Of a stretch of 20,000 nucleotides of DNA, positions 1 through 8,150 are shown one piece after another (positions within the stretch are counted from its first letter, which is position 1; each line of letters begins with the position of its first letter). The notes beneath the pieces are model-generated. The model did not search any database, was not told the origin of the DNA, and worked only from the letters and a program-made list of their open reading frames with translations. This DNA is from Pseudobdellovibrionaceae bacterium (GTDB taxonomy: Bacteria; Bdellovibrionota; Bdellovibrionia; Bdellovibrionales; UBA1609), in the NCBI GenBank assembly GCA_030591685.1, contig JAUVAX010000008.1:50890-70889 (forward strand), read 5' to 3'. Made by a program: the position numbers and the translations under genes.

Positions 1-1
1 A

Positions 2-421
2 CAAAATGTAAACTTTTGGATCACAGGGCAGGTGAAAGTTTTAAAAATAGTACCTGTACTTAAAAGAACACTGTTCGTCGGGCAAAAAATTCAACCCGGT
101 GACTTTGAGTATAAAAAACGTGAAGTTACATTTTTACAAAACAGAGTAAACCCTGACAAGAACCAAATCGTTGGTAAAAGAGTACGCAGAGGCCTGCGCT
201 CTGGAGAAATCATTTGGTTAGACTCTTTAGAGAGAAGCAAAGCCTTAAGAAGGGGCGACGTGGTGACCGTTGTCTCTAGTAATAGCAGTTGGTCCATAGC
301 GATTAAAGCGGTAGCACAACAAGATGGCTTTGTAGGGGATTTAGTAAGGTTACTCAATCAAGTTTCAAATAAGATTATAATGGGAAAGGTTATAAGTGAA
401 AACCTCGTGGAGCTACAATGA
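2..421 (+). CDS. flgA: Flagellar basal body P-ring formation chaperone FlgA (C-terminal part; 5' end lies outside the window)
   Basis: SAF/FlgA C-terminal signature (VGKRVRRGLRSGEII...LRRGDVVTVV...IAIKAVAQQDGFVGDLVRLLNQVSNKIIMGKV). Frame is open back to the window edge. Directly upstream of flgH and flgI. Confidence 0.93.
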   Translation, partial: QNVNFWITGQVKVLKIVPVLKRTLFVGQKIQPGDFEYKKREVTFLQNRVNPDKNQIVGKRVRRGLRSGEIIWLDSLERSKALRRGDVVTVVSSNSSWSIAIKAVAQQDGFVGDLVRLLNQVSNKIIMGKVISENLVELQ

Positions 422-1158
422 CTAAATATACAATTTTAATATTAATTTTTATAAGCCTAACGGGTTGTGCAAACTTTGGTAAAAAAATGAAGGCACTCGT
501 GTCCGGTAAGGACGCCAAAAAAGGGCCGGTTAAAATAAAGTCAGTAAATTTTTCAGATAAAGATTTTCATAGGTCAGGGCCTCGAAGGCAGTACACCAGG
601 GTTACAAAAAAATCATTAGAGCAAGCCAATCAGTTAAATTCAAGAGCCGGATCACTTTGGGTCATGGAGGGGCAGGGGTCTTATTTATTTTCACAAAATG
701 TTGTTCGAATGATTGGTGACTCTATGTCTGTACGCTTAGAGGGCGACCCGCGAGACCAACTAGAGGCGAAGGTGCAAGTCATACAAAACTTATTAGATAA
801 AATAAAAGAGCGAAAAAAACAAAAAGCACGTCGATTGGCTTCGAAAAGAAACAAAGTAAAGGGTAAACAAAAAGCCGAAGAGCCCTCGGCAAAAAAAGTA
901 GATACAAAAAAAGTGGCCTCAAAGGAGGGTGCATTAAGTGTTAAAACCGTACCTACAAGAATCGTAGAGAGAATGTTAGATGGAAATTACCGCATAAAGG
1001 GGAGCCAACCCTTCATGCTCGATAAGTACGAATATAAGGTGATTGTTATGGGAGTTGTTAGGTCAGAGGATTTTAACGAAGAAGGGGTCAGCGCATCAAA
1101 ACTCCTTGATCCAAAGTTTGAAATTGTGAGTTCAAGAAGGAGTGTATCCAGACTATGA
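418..1158 (+). CDS. flgH: Flagellar L-ring lipoprotein FlgH
   Basis: Lipobox LTGC; GSLW motif; C-terminal IVERMLDGNYRIKGSQ...VIVMGVVRSEDF typical of FlgH. ATGA overlaps with flgA and flgI. Contains a Lys-rich central insertion. Confidence 0.9.
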   Translation: MTKYTILILIFISLTGCANFGKKMKALVSGKDAKKGPVKIKSVNFSDKDFHRSGPRRQYTRVTKKSLEQANQLNSRAGSLWVMEGQGSYLFSQNVVRMIGDSMSVRLEGDPRDQLEAKVQVIQNLLDKIKERKKQKARRLASKRNKVKGKQKAEEPSAKKVDTKKVASKEGALSVKTVPTRIVERMLDGNYRIKGSQPFMLDKYEYKVIVMGVVRSEDFNEEGVSASKLLDPKFEIVSSRRSVSRL

Positions 1159-2156
1159 AAACTTTAACTGTATTTCATGTAGTAATGTTTGTATTAACAA
1201 TAGGCATAACGTCAGAGGCCGCACGATTAAAAGATGTAGCTAATATTAGAGGCGTTCGTGCAAATCAGTTAGTGGGCTACGGCGTAGTTGTCGGGCTTAA
1301 AGGAACAGGGGACAGCAAGGCAGAGTTTACTAATAAAAGTATCGAGAGAATGTTTGACAAGTTGGGAATGAAAACTTCAAGTAAAGATATTGCCAGTAAA
1401 AATGTGGCCGCTGTGATTATAACAGCAAAGCTCCCGCCTTTTTCAAGGGCTGGGAACGAAATTGATATCACAGTAAGTGCTGTGGGTGATGCTTCGAGTT
1501 TAAAGGGCGGTACGTTAATACAAACGCCACTTAGAGCTGCCGATCAGCAAATTTATGCAGTGGCACAGGGCTCAGTACTTGTTGGGTATAGTGCCGAAGG
1601 GGTTCATGAAACAGTGGCTCGTTTACCTAACGGAGCTATGATTGAGCGTGATTTAGGTGGAGATTTTTCGAAACGAAAAATGTTCAGGCTAACGTTGCAT
1701 AACCCTGACTTTACCACGGCGGCTCGTGTAGCAAAAAAAATAAATATTGATCTTGCTGGTAAGTACGCCAGTGCAAAGGATGCAAGTACAATTGATTTAA
1801 TCTCCCCGCCCGCTTATGAAGGTCGAGGTGTTGAGCTCTTGGCATTAATCGAAAGTCTAGAAGTTCTGCCTGATATTAACGCTAAAGTTGTGGTTAATGA
1901 AAAAACAGGTACGGTAGTTATAGGGCATAGAGTGAAAATTTCTACAGTAGCAATCATGCATGGTGACCTTTCTCTGAGGGTTGGTAAGAAAAGTAAAAAA
2001 GGCGGAGACAGGGTTATTGCTTTAAAGGAAACGGCAAATGTAGGTGAACTTGTCAAGGCTATGAATAGTCTAGGTGTCTCTCCTAAAGACCTGATAACAA
2101 TACTTCAAAGTATTAAGGCAGCTGGAGCTTTGCAGGGGGAAATCGAAGTTTTATGA
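1155..2156 (+). CDS. flgI: Flagellar P-ring protein FlgI
   Basis: Signal peptide, then ARLKDVANIRGVRANQLVGYGVVVGLKGTGD, KNVAAVIITAKLPPF, SSLKGGTLIQTPL and C-terminal PKDLITILQSIKAAGALQGEIEVL. Confidence 0.98.
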   Translation: MKTLTVFHVVMFVLTIGITSEAARLKDVANIRGVRANQLVGYGVVVGLKGTGDSKAEFTNKSIERMFDKLGMKTSSKDIASKNVAAVIITAKLPPFSRAGNEIDITVSAVGDASSLKGGTLIQTPLRAADQQIYAVAQGSVLVGYSAEGVHETVARLPNGAMIERDLGGDFSKRKMFRLTLHNPDFTTAARVAKKINIDLAGKYASAKDASTIDLISPPAYEGRGVELLALIESLEVLPDINAKVVVNEKTGTVVIGHRVKISTVAIMHGDLSLRVGKKSKKGGDRVIALKETANVGELVKAMNSLGVSPKDLITILQSIKAAGALQGEIEVL

Positions 2157-2204
2157 AAAATAAATTTTATTTTTATGATTTTAATTTTAAAATATTTAAA
2201 GGGT

Positions 2205-2407
2205 CGTTTTACACATGGATGTGTAGCGCCTCTGGGGATGGTGAGTTAGAGAGCGTTAACCAAGGACGGATAGCTGATTACAGTTTCTCGCAGGAAACGG
2301 TCGGCAAAATTAAAGTTCAGTGTAGGTCAAGGATTGACCACATACAGACTTTACTTAAGAGTGCAGGATGCACGTTGGTTTCTGGCTCATCTACCCCCTT
2401 TTTTTTT
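2205..2407 (+). ncRNA. Putative structured non-coding RNA with multiple GGA hairpins (CsrB/RsmY-like CsrA-binding RNA candidate)
   Basis: Seven GGA motifs in 2217-2368. Perfect hairpins TACACA-TGGA-TGTGTA, GGTCAA-GGA-TTGACC and GTGCA-GGA-TGCAC. Long closing stem 2234-2260/2374-2397 with many G-U pairs that only form on the + strand. T9 run at 2399-2407. The 5' boundary is approximate. Confidence 0.6.
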
Positions 2408-2472
2408 CATTTTGGTAGAAGACAATCATTGATATATAAAGCAGTAAACACCCCATTTCTGGCGGTATAGTT

Positions 2473-3180
2473 GTGGGGTCGATACCTATTAAAGGTGCAC
2501 TGCCAATTAACCCTAGAGCACAGTTGAAGCCCTCTGAGTTTCAATTGAAACAAAAACAAAAACTCAGACAAGCCTCTCAAATGTATGAGCAAAAATTTCT
2601 AAATACTATGGTTGCGCAAATGCGAAAAACCGTTTCTAAAAGTGGGCTAGTAAAACAATCTTTTACTGAAGGTTATTTTCAAGATCGCTTAGATAATAAT
2701 TATGTAGAAGCGTGGACAAAAAAGGGAGGGATAGGTCTGGCTGATTTAATTTATAATCAGCTAGAAGAAAAAATATTCCCTAAGCCTCACCGAATGCTAA
2801 AGCCTCAGGGGCCGCTCCCTGTAGCTCCAGGTAAAGCACACCCTATAAAAACGAACAAGGTAGAGCCAAAATTTAAAGTCATAGAGTCCCCTCCAGCTGA
2901 TGGTTCGCGAGGGGTAAACTTTCATATACAAAAGGGGTCACCCCTAAATGACAACATTGCGCTCACCGCACCCTGGGGGGGAGAGGTGACAGATGTTTCA
3001 TCGAATGGTTTAATAAATACGATTAAAATTTCACACAAAGACGAGTTACAAAGTGTGATTAGTTTTAATGGCACAATGCAGGCCTTAAATCGGGGAGAGT
3101 TACTACAACCTGGACAGGAGTTGGGGCAATTAAGCGGGGCCTCGTCTGGTTTTTTTTGGGGAGTACGGTTAAAGTCCTAA
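2473..3180 (+). CDS. flgJ: FlgJ-like rod-binding protein with a degenerate M23-peptidase-like C-terminal domain
   Basis: N-terminal rod-binding motif KLRQASQMYEQKFLNTMVAQMRKTV...GGIGLADLIYNQL; located after flgI. C-terminus follows the M23 pattern. GTG start has a weak RBS, so the start is uncertain. Confidence 0.82.
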   Translation: MGSIPIKGALPINPRAQLKPSEFQLKQKQKLRQASQMYEQKFLNTMVAQMRKTVSKSGLVKQSFTEGYFQDRLDNNYVEAWTKKGGIGLADLIYNQLEEKIFPKPHRMLKPQGPLPVAPGKAHPIKTNKVEPKFKVIESPPADGSRGVNFHIQKGSPLNDNIALTAPWGGEVTDVSSNGLINTIKISHKDELQSVISFNGTMQALNRGELLQPGQELGQLSGASSGFFWGVRLKS

Positions 3181-3217
3181 AACGGCTATAAAGCTGTATT
3201 AGAAGGGCTTTTACCAT

Positions 3218-3245
3218 TTGGAATTAGGTCTCATTATGGTACAAT
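3218..3245 (+). promoter_or_regulatory. Putative sigma-70 promoter for flgM
   Basis: TTGGAA (3218-3223), 16-nt spacer, TACAAT (3240-3245) preceded by an extended -10 TGn. RBS GGAGG at 3258-3262. Confidence 0.45.
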
Positions 3246-3266
3246 TAACTGTGTATTGGAGGAATT

Positions 3267-3584
3267 ATGAAGATTTCTAATAACTTAGGCGCTGACAGTA
3301 AACTGTCAAACCTAGACAAAGCAAAAAGTAAGTCGGACGACAATCTAGGGGCGTTGGGTAAAAATAAGCAGGGAACTAGCAGTGCTGATATTAATTCGGC
3401 AGCAAAGGTGAACCTTTCTGAGTCAGCGCAGAGAATGAACAAAGCTAAGGCTATCGCTAGCGAGCCATCTATTAATGATGCAAAAGTAGAGAGGCTTCAA
3501 AAGTTAATTGATGGTGGTGAGTATAAAATTGATGCTTCAGCAGTTGCGGATCGCTTAGTAGATGAACATTTGTTAATGTCATGA
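3267..3584 (+). CDS. flgM: Anti-sigma-28 factor FlgM
   Basis: Low-complexity N-terminus, KVNLSESAQ, and the C-terminal signature AKVERLQKLIDGGEYKIDASAVADRLV. Confidence 0.96.
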   Translation: MKISNNLGADSKLSNLDKAKSKSDDNLGALGKNKQGTSSADINSAAKVNLSESAQRMNKAKAIASEPSINDAKVERLQKLIDGGEYKIDASAVADRLVDEHLLMS

Positions 3585-3606
3585 ATTTATAGTTAGGGGT
3601 TTTAAT

Positions 3607-4122
3607 ATGCAAAAGTCACAACTAAAAAGCTATGATAATTTAATTTGTAGTCTTCAACAAATTATTAAAGTCTACAGGGGCCTGCTAGATAACTTGCGGT
3701 CAGAAAAAAACATATTAATTCAAGCTGATTTGAACGACCTTAACAAAAACAATGTGGCCAAAGAGAAACTACTGGTACACGTCGGCCGACTTGAAAAGCA
3801 AAGAGTTCTTTTAACAAAAGAATTCGCTACTGTAATTGAGTTTAACTCTGAAGACCCCCGATTATTAGATATAGCCAATCATCTTGGTGGAGAAAGCGGG
3901 GACAAGTTAAGAAACCTTCACTCAGTGCTTGTGTTGTTATTAAAGCGAGTGAAAGAGCACAATGATCAAAATGATGTTTTAGTGCGTTCAGCCCTTGAAA
4001 ACGTAACGGGCGCTATGAAGAGCATAAAAGAAACTGTGTCGGAGGGCTCGACGTATAAAAGAAAAGGAAACGTGCTGAAAGGCACAACCCAGTCAGGACG
4101 ACTGGTCAGTAAAGAGGCTTAG
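3607..4122 (+). CDS. flgN: Flagellar export chaperone FlgN
   Basis: Helical protein between flgM and flgK with the FlgN pattern (L..L..EK..L...DL..L; VKEHNDQNDVLVRSAL; STYKRKG). Confidence 0.88.
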   Translation: MQKSQLKSYDNLICSLQQIIKVYRGLLDNLRSEKNILIQADLNDLNKNNVAKEKLLVHVGRLEKQRVLLTKEFATVIEFNSEDPRLLDIANHLGGESGDKLRNLHSVLVLLLKRVKEHNDQNDVLVRSALENVTGAMKSIKETVSEGSTYKRKGNVLKGTTQSGRLVSKEA

Positions 4123-4150
4123 GGCTTTTTAAGGACTGAAAGGCGACAGG

Positions 4151-5578
4151 ATGTCGAAGATTAACTCCATGTTGAATATTGGGCGCAGATCTATGCAAAA
4201 TAGTTCTTCTGCGCTACAGACCGTCAGTCACAATATTGCCAATAAAAACACCAAGGGCTTTTCAAGACAAAGGGTTGAATTTGAAACCAACGAACCTGTT
4301 GGGCACGGTAATACGCGCGTAGGCATGGGGGCTCGCCCAGGAATGATTAGAAGAATTAACAACCCCTACCTGGAGAAGCAAATAGAAAAAGAGGGGATGG
4401 GCTTAGGCCGCTCTGAGGGGCGTTCTGAGAGTCTTTCAAGAGTTGAAGAAGTCTATAACGAGCAAGTCAACAAGGGTTTAAATCGATTTATGGGTGAATT
4501 TTTTAACGCCTTTAGAGAGCTTTCAAATAATCCAGAGAGTTTAGCTTCAAGAACAATGGTTAAAGAGTCGGCGGATTTTTTAACAAAAGATTTCAAGCGC
4601 GTTGGTACACAGCTATCCGGTATTCAAAGGGATATAGATTATCAATTGGCTGCACATGTTGAAGAGATCAATCAAATGACAAAAGAAATTGCTCAACTCA
4701 ATGAAAAAGTACAACTTGTAACTATGCAGGGCGGCCCCGCTAATGATGAGCGAGACAGAAGGGATGTACTTTTAAAAGAACTCGGCGAAAAAATTAATAT
4801 TAAATACGGCGAAAGCGATGATGGTTTAATTTCAATAACAGCCGGCTCATCGGCGGTTGTGGTGAGTGGTCTTGGTAGTCGAGAGTTATTTGTCAGTGCC
4901 ACGGGTGCAAAGGGTACAAAGGGTGAAGGTAACTTTGATGTGTTTTATAAGCCGACAGACACAGGAACCCCTGTAAATATCACACGTCAGCTCACTGGTG
5001 GTAAAATAGGTGGGCTTTTAAATGTTCGTGATGAAGTTATTAATGGATTTAAAAGAAATCTGGATGAAATGGCCTATACTTTAGCAAGTGAGGTGAATGA
5101 AGCTCATGTGTCAGGGTTTGACCATTATAACAAAAAAGGCGGGGCCTTTTTTGCCCCATTAAAAAAAGTAGAAGGTGCCGCTAATGAGTTGCAGGTTAAT
5201 AATCAAATTTTAGGTGACGTGGGTTTTATTGTGTCTGCCGCAAGCCCAAATGCTCCTGGTGACAACACTATTGCTAATATTTTGTCTTCGTTACAATATA
5301 AATCTGTGATGAATGGTGGCAAGGCCACTATTGATGAGTTTTATAACTCTCAAGTGGGCAAGGTGGGCATACTTTCTAATAGGGCCAACAATGAGAGGGA
5401 ATCACAGAACGCTCTTGTAAAACAACTTGAACGAATACGAGAAAGTGTGAGTGGTGTTAATTTAGATGAAGAGACAACGAAACTCATTGAGTATCAAAAG
5501 AGTTTTGATGCTTCGGCGAGGTTAATACGTACGGCGGACGAAATGATGGATACAGTTTTAAACTTAAAAAGGTTTTAG
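4151..5578 (+). CDS. flgK: Flagellar hook-associated protein FlgK
   Basis: ALQTVSHNIANKNTKGFSRQRV, NDERDRRDVLLKEL and RESVSGVNLDEETTKLIEYQKSFDASARLI motifs. Confidence 0.98.
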   Translation: MSKINSMLNIGRRSMQNSSSALQTVSHNIANKNTKGFSRQRVEFETNEPVGHGNTRVGMGARPGMIRRINNPYLEKQIEKEGMGLGRSEGRSESLSRVEEVYNEQVNKGLNRFMGEFFNAFRELSNNPESLASRTMVKESADFLTKDFKRVGTQLSGIQRDIDYQLAAHVEEINQMTKEIAQLNEKVQLVTMQGGPANDERDRRDVLLKELGEKINIKYGESDDGLISITAGSSAVVVSGLGSRELFVSATGAKGTKGEGNFDVFYKPTDTGTPVNITRQLTGGKIGGLLNVRDEVINGFKRNLDEMAYTLASEVNEAHVSGFDHYNKKGGAFFAPLKKVEGAANELQVNNQILGDVGFIVSAASPNAPGDNTIANILSSLQYKSVMNGGKATIDEFYNSQVGKVGILSNRANNERESQNALVKQLERIRESVSGVNLDEETTKLIEYQKSFDASARLIRTADEMMDTVLNLKRF

Positions 5579-5588
5579 GTAAACGATT

Positions 5589-6695
5589 ATGAGAATAGCT
5601 GACACAATGGTATTTGAGCAAACGAGGGAGAATTTAGGGACGAATCGTTCAAAATTAGCTCATTTACAGAACAAAGCGGCTACTCAAAAAAGAGTCACAA
5701 AGCCCTCTGACGATCCTGTGGCGGCAGCGCGAGTGCTGGCCTCAAGAATTGACCTCTCCGGGCAAAAGCAGTACTTAAAAAATTTAAATTATGCAAAATC
5801 ATTTTTAGACTTTACAGATCAATCCTTAGGCGAGCTCTCAGAGCTACTGATAAGGGCCAAGGAGCTTGTATTAGGTCAGGCCTCAGACGCTTCATCAAAC
5901 ACCGAATCCCGAAGGGTTGTCGGCACAGAGGTAGCTCAGTTATTTAGACAGTCTGTAAACATAGGGAATAGAAAGCTCGGTGATCGCTATATATTTGGGG
6001 GGTACAAAACAACAACCCCACCATTTTCGTCTAAGGGGCAATACGAAGGGGATAAGGGTGAAATATTAATTCACGTAAATAAAGACTCATTTATGGCTAT
6101 GAATATCCCTGGCAGTAAAGTTTTTGGCGGTGAGGGTTTAACAAATGGTGGGGCGGGACATGTGGCTAATGTTCAAGCAAAAACAGTAGAGGCCCTTAAA
6201 GAGCAGCAGCTTCAAAAAAAGCAGGCCACAGATCAAAAAAATGACCCCGGTTATGATTCAGTGTCACTAAGGGGGCCAGCATCTGTCGGGGGCTCTCCGG
6301 GTAGTACTGAGAGTGAGGCGCCTCAGAGCAAAGGGGTAGAGAGTGAGGATAGCGGTGATGGCCAAAATCTATTTGTCATGTTGCAAAACCTTGAAATCAG
6401 TTTAATGGCCGATGATAAAGCGGGGATTCAGGACTCTATTGATGAGTTAGACTCTGCTATTAATCAAGTTGTGCTCTCAAGGTCCCACGTGGGGGCCCGT
6501 GTGACGGCCATTGATAATACTTTTGAGTCACTTCAAAAAGCGAAGGTCGATAGCCAGACTACAATCTCGCAATTAGAGGATGCTGACATTTATGAACTAG
6601 TCAGTGACATAACTAAAACAGAGAGCGCTTTACAGGCCACCTTATCCACTTCAGCCAAAATTCTACAACCTAGTTTACTTGATTTTCTAAGATAA
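5589..6695 (+). CDS. flgL: Flagellar hook-associated protein FlgL
   Basis: MRIAD start, KRVTKPSDDPVAAAR, RYIFGGYKTTTPPF and C-terminal AKILQPSLLDFLR. Low-complexity central insertion. Confidence 0.97.
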   Translation: MRIADTMVFEQTRENLGTNRSKLAHLQNKAATQKRVTKPSDDPVAAARVLASRIDLSGQKQYLKNLNYAKSFLDFTDQSLGELSELLIRAKELVLGQASDASSNTESRRVVGTEVAQLFRQSVNIGNRKLGDRYIFGGYKTTTPPFSSKGQYEGDKGEILIHVNKDSFMAMNIPGSKVFGGEGLTNGGAGHVANVQAKTVEALKEQQLQKKQATDQKNDPGYDSVSLRGPASVGGSPGSTESEAPQSKGVESEDSGDGQNLFVMLQNLEISLMADDKAGIQDSIDELDSAINQVVLSRSHVGARVTAIDNTFESLQKAKVDSQTTISQLEDADIYELVSDITKTESALQATLSTSAKILQPSLLDFLR

Positions 6696-6891
6696 AAGTA
6701 AAAATCCAAAAATAATTTAAAAAAATTATTCTTAAACGTAAATATATTAGTCCACGACTATGCTTTAAATAGATTCGCTGAGAAAACACTACGACTCTTC
6801 TCAACCAATCTTAGCCTTTGTGATTAAGGACTCATCACTACAAAATTATCCATAAATTAGTATTATATTCCTAAATTTCGGACAAATTTCA

Positions 6892-6910
6892 TAACAAGGC
6901 TCCCTTGTTA
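6892..6910. promoter_or_regulatory. Perfect inverted repeat; candidate enhancer (UAS) for a sigma-54 activator
   Basis: TAACAAGG-CTC-CCTTGTTA, centred about 115 bp upstream of the predicted sigma-54 start site. Confidence 0.45.
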
Positions 6911-6940
6911 CATAACGCAAAATCTATATTTCCTAAATAT

Positions 6941-6953
6941 TAACAGATAGTTA
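6941..6953 (+). promoter_or_regulatory. IHF-like binding site
   Basis: TAACAG-ATAG-TTA versus WATCAR-N4-TTR (one mismatch), with an AT-rich 5' flank. Lies between the palindrome and the -24 element. Confidence 0.35.
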
Positions 6954-6990
6954 GGGTCGTCCCGTCGAAGTCCCAACAAATTAAAACTAA

Positions 6991-7006
6991 TGGCATATTA
7001 ATTGCT
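6991..7006 (+). promoter_or_regulatory. Sigma-54 (RpoN) -24/-12 promoter of the accessory operon
   Basis: TGGCAT-ATTAA-TTGCT versus consensus TGGCAC-N5-TTGCW; exact GG-N10-GC spacing (6992-6993, 7004-7005); correct orientation, about 50 nt before the ATG at 7055. Confidence 0.8.
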
Positions 7007-7054
7007 ATAGAGGTTGTTAAGGATCACTCGAAAACAATAAGGACACAGTAAATA

Positions 7055-8149
7055 ATGAAATTCCTCACTTTATTAATTACTCTTAATGTAGCTTTAGCCT
7101 CGTTGGCCCAGTCAGTGGGGTTCCAAAAGAATGATCTGTTTGCTGACCTCTTTAAGTACAGCTACAATTCATCAAAACTTATTAAAAGCGAATTTTATAA
7201 TCTAGCAGATTATATGATGTCAGAATGTGAAGCACATGATCATAAACTAAACTTTCTATGTGAGTTCCCCATCTCGGTCTCTGAATTCAGGCAAAGAGAA
7301 CGTTGGATTACTGAAAATACGCTTGATCCTATGAACCCATTAAGTGGCGGTCAAATTTATCTAGCTCAGGATGAATGGACAGATCATGATATAAGGACTC
7401 TCAGCTGGAGTCTCGGCCTTGCACTTACAGGATTAGACGAACAAACATCTATTGTAAAAAAGACTCTAGGTTGGTTACTCCTAAAGGAATCTGTAAAGTT
7501 TGAGGCTAAAAAACTAAAGGACCTCTTTAAATGGCGATCATCCAAAAAAGCCTATCAATTGGAATATACTTCTCTACCGCATATAATATCGAGTTTACAG
7601 AGCCCCTACGCTTTTTCTCAAGCCATCGACTTTGCCGAACAAATTGAATGCAGAGATCTTGTGATTTGCCTTGATATAAAAAGAGCACTGAAAAATATGG
7701 CCATAAATAACATTTTAAACCCAAGTATTATGGGAAAATCTAAAGCTATTTTGAAGGGGCTAAGGGCGGAGAACGAGTATACCTCTGGCCGAGTAAAAGT
7801 GGCCTTTGAGAGGGTCAGCCTTATAAAGAAATTAAGTAAGGCTGTCTATGAGAAAAAAGACATGGGGGATAACCAGCACTTACTTAATACTCTTGTCGAA
7901 GTATTAAAAAGGGATGTTGTTTCATATAGAAGGCTCACCCTTTCGTTACATATAATTAAATTAGAAACTCTAATTGAATATCAAGAGAAGTATAAAAACC
8001 AAGTAGTCACAAAAGATTTACCTTATATAAAAAACTACCCCGGGTATAAATTATTAGAGGATAAAATTAAAAATGACATCATAGAAACATTTAGAGTTCT
8101 GTCTCATGAATTAGAAAACACACAAAATGGCCTTGAAAATGGAGGGTAA
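7055..8149 (+). CDS. Hypothetical exported protein (toxin operon gene 1)
   Basis: 364-aa ORF with AAGGA RBS and Sec signal peptide MKFLTLLITLNVALASLA. Mostly helical-looking, with two Cys pairs. No family recognised. Confidence 0.85.
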   Translation: MKFLTLLITLNVALASLAQSVGFQKNDLFADLFKYSYNSSKLIKSEFYNLADYMMSECEAHDHKLNFLCEFPISVSEFRQRERWITENTLDPMNPLSGGQIYLAQDEWTDHDIRTLSWSLGLALTGLDEQTSIVKKTLGWLLLKESVKFEAKKLKDLFKWRSSKKAYQLEYTSLPHIISSLQSPYAFSQAIDFAEQIECRDLVICLDIKRALKNMAINNILNPSIMGKSKAILKGLRAENEYTSGRVKVAFERVSLIKKLSKAVYEKKDMGDNQHLLNTLVEVLKRDVVSYRRLTLSLHIIKLETLIEYQEKYKNQVVTKDLPYIKNYPGYKLLEDKIKNDIIETFRVLSHELENTQNGLENGG

Positions 8150-8150
8150 A

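Noticed and set aside
2234..2397. 6S RNA or c-di-GMP riboswitch interpretation of the structured element
   Set aside because: The branched four-way fold with GGA loops does not fit the rod-and-bubble 6S shape or the riboswitch core by eye. An Rfam search is needed to exclude these firmly.
2153..2470. 105-aa ORF overlapping the flgI stop
   Set aside because: No recognisable family, odd composition from A/T runs, and the region is better explained by RNA structure. Not fully excluded, because of the ATGA overlap.
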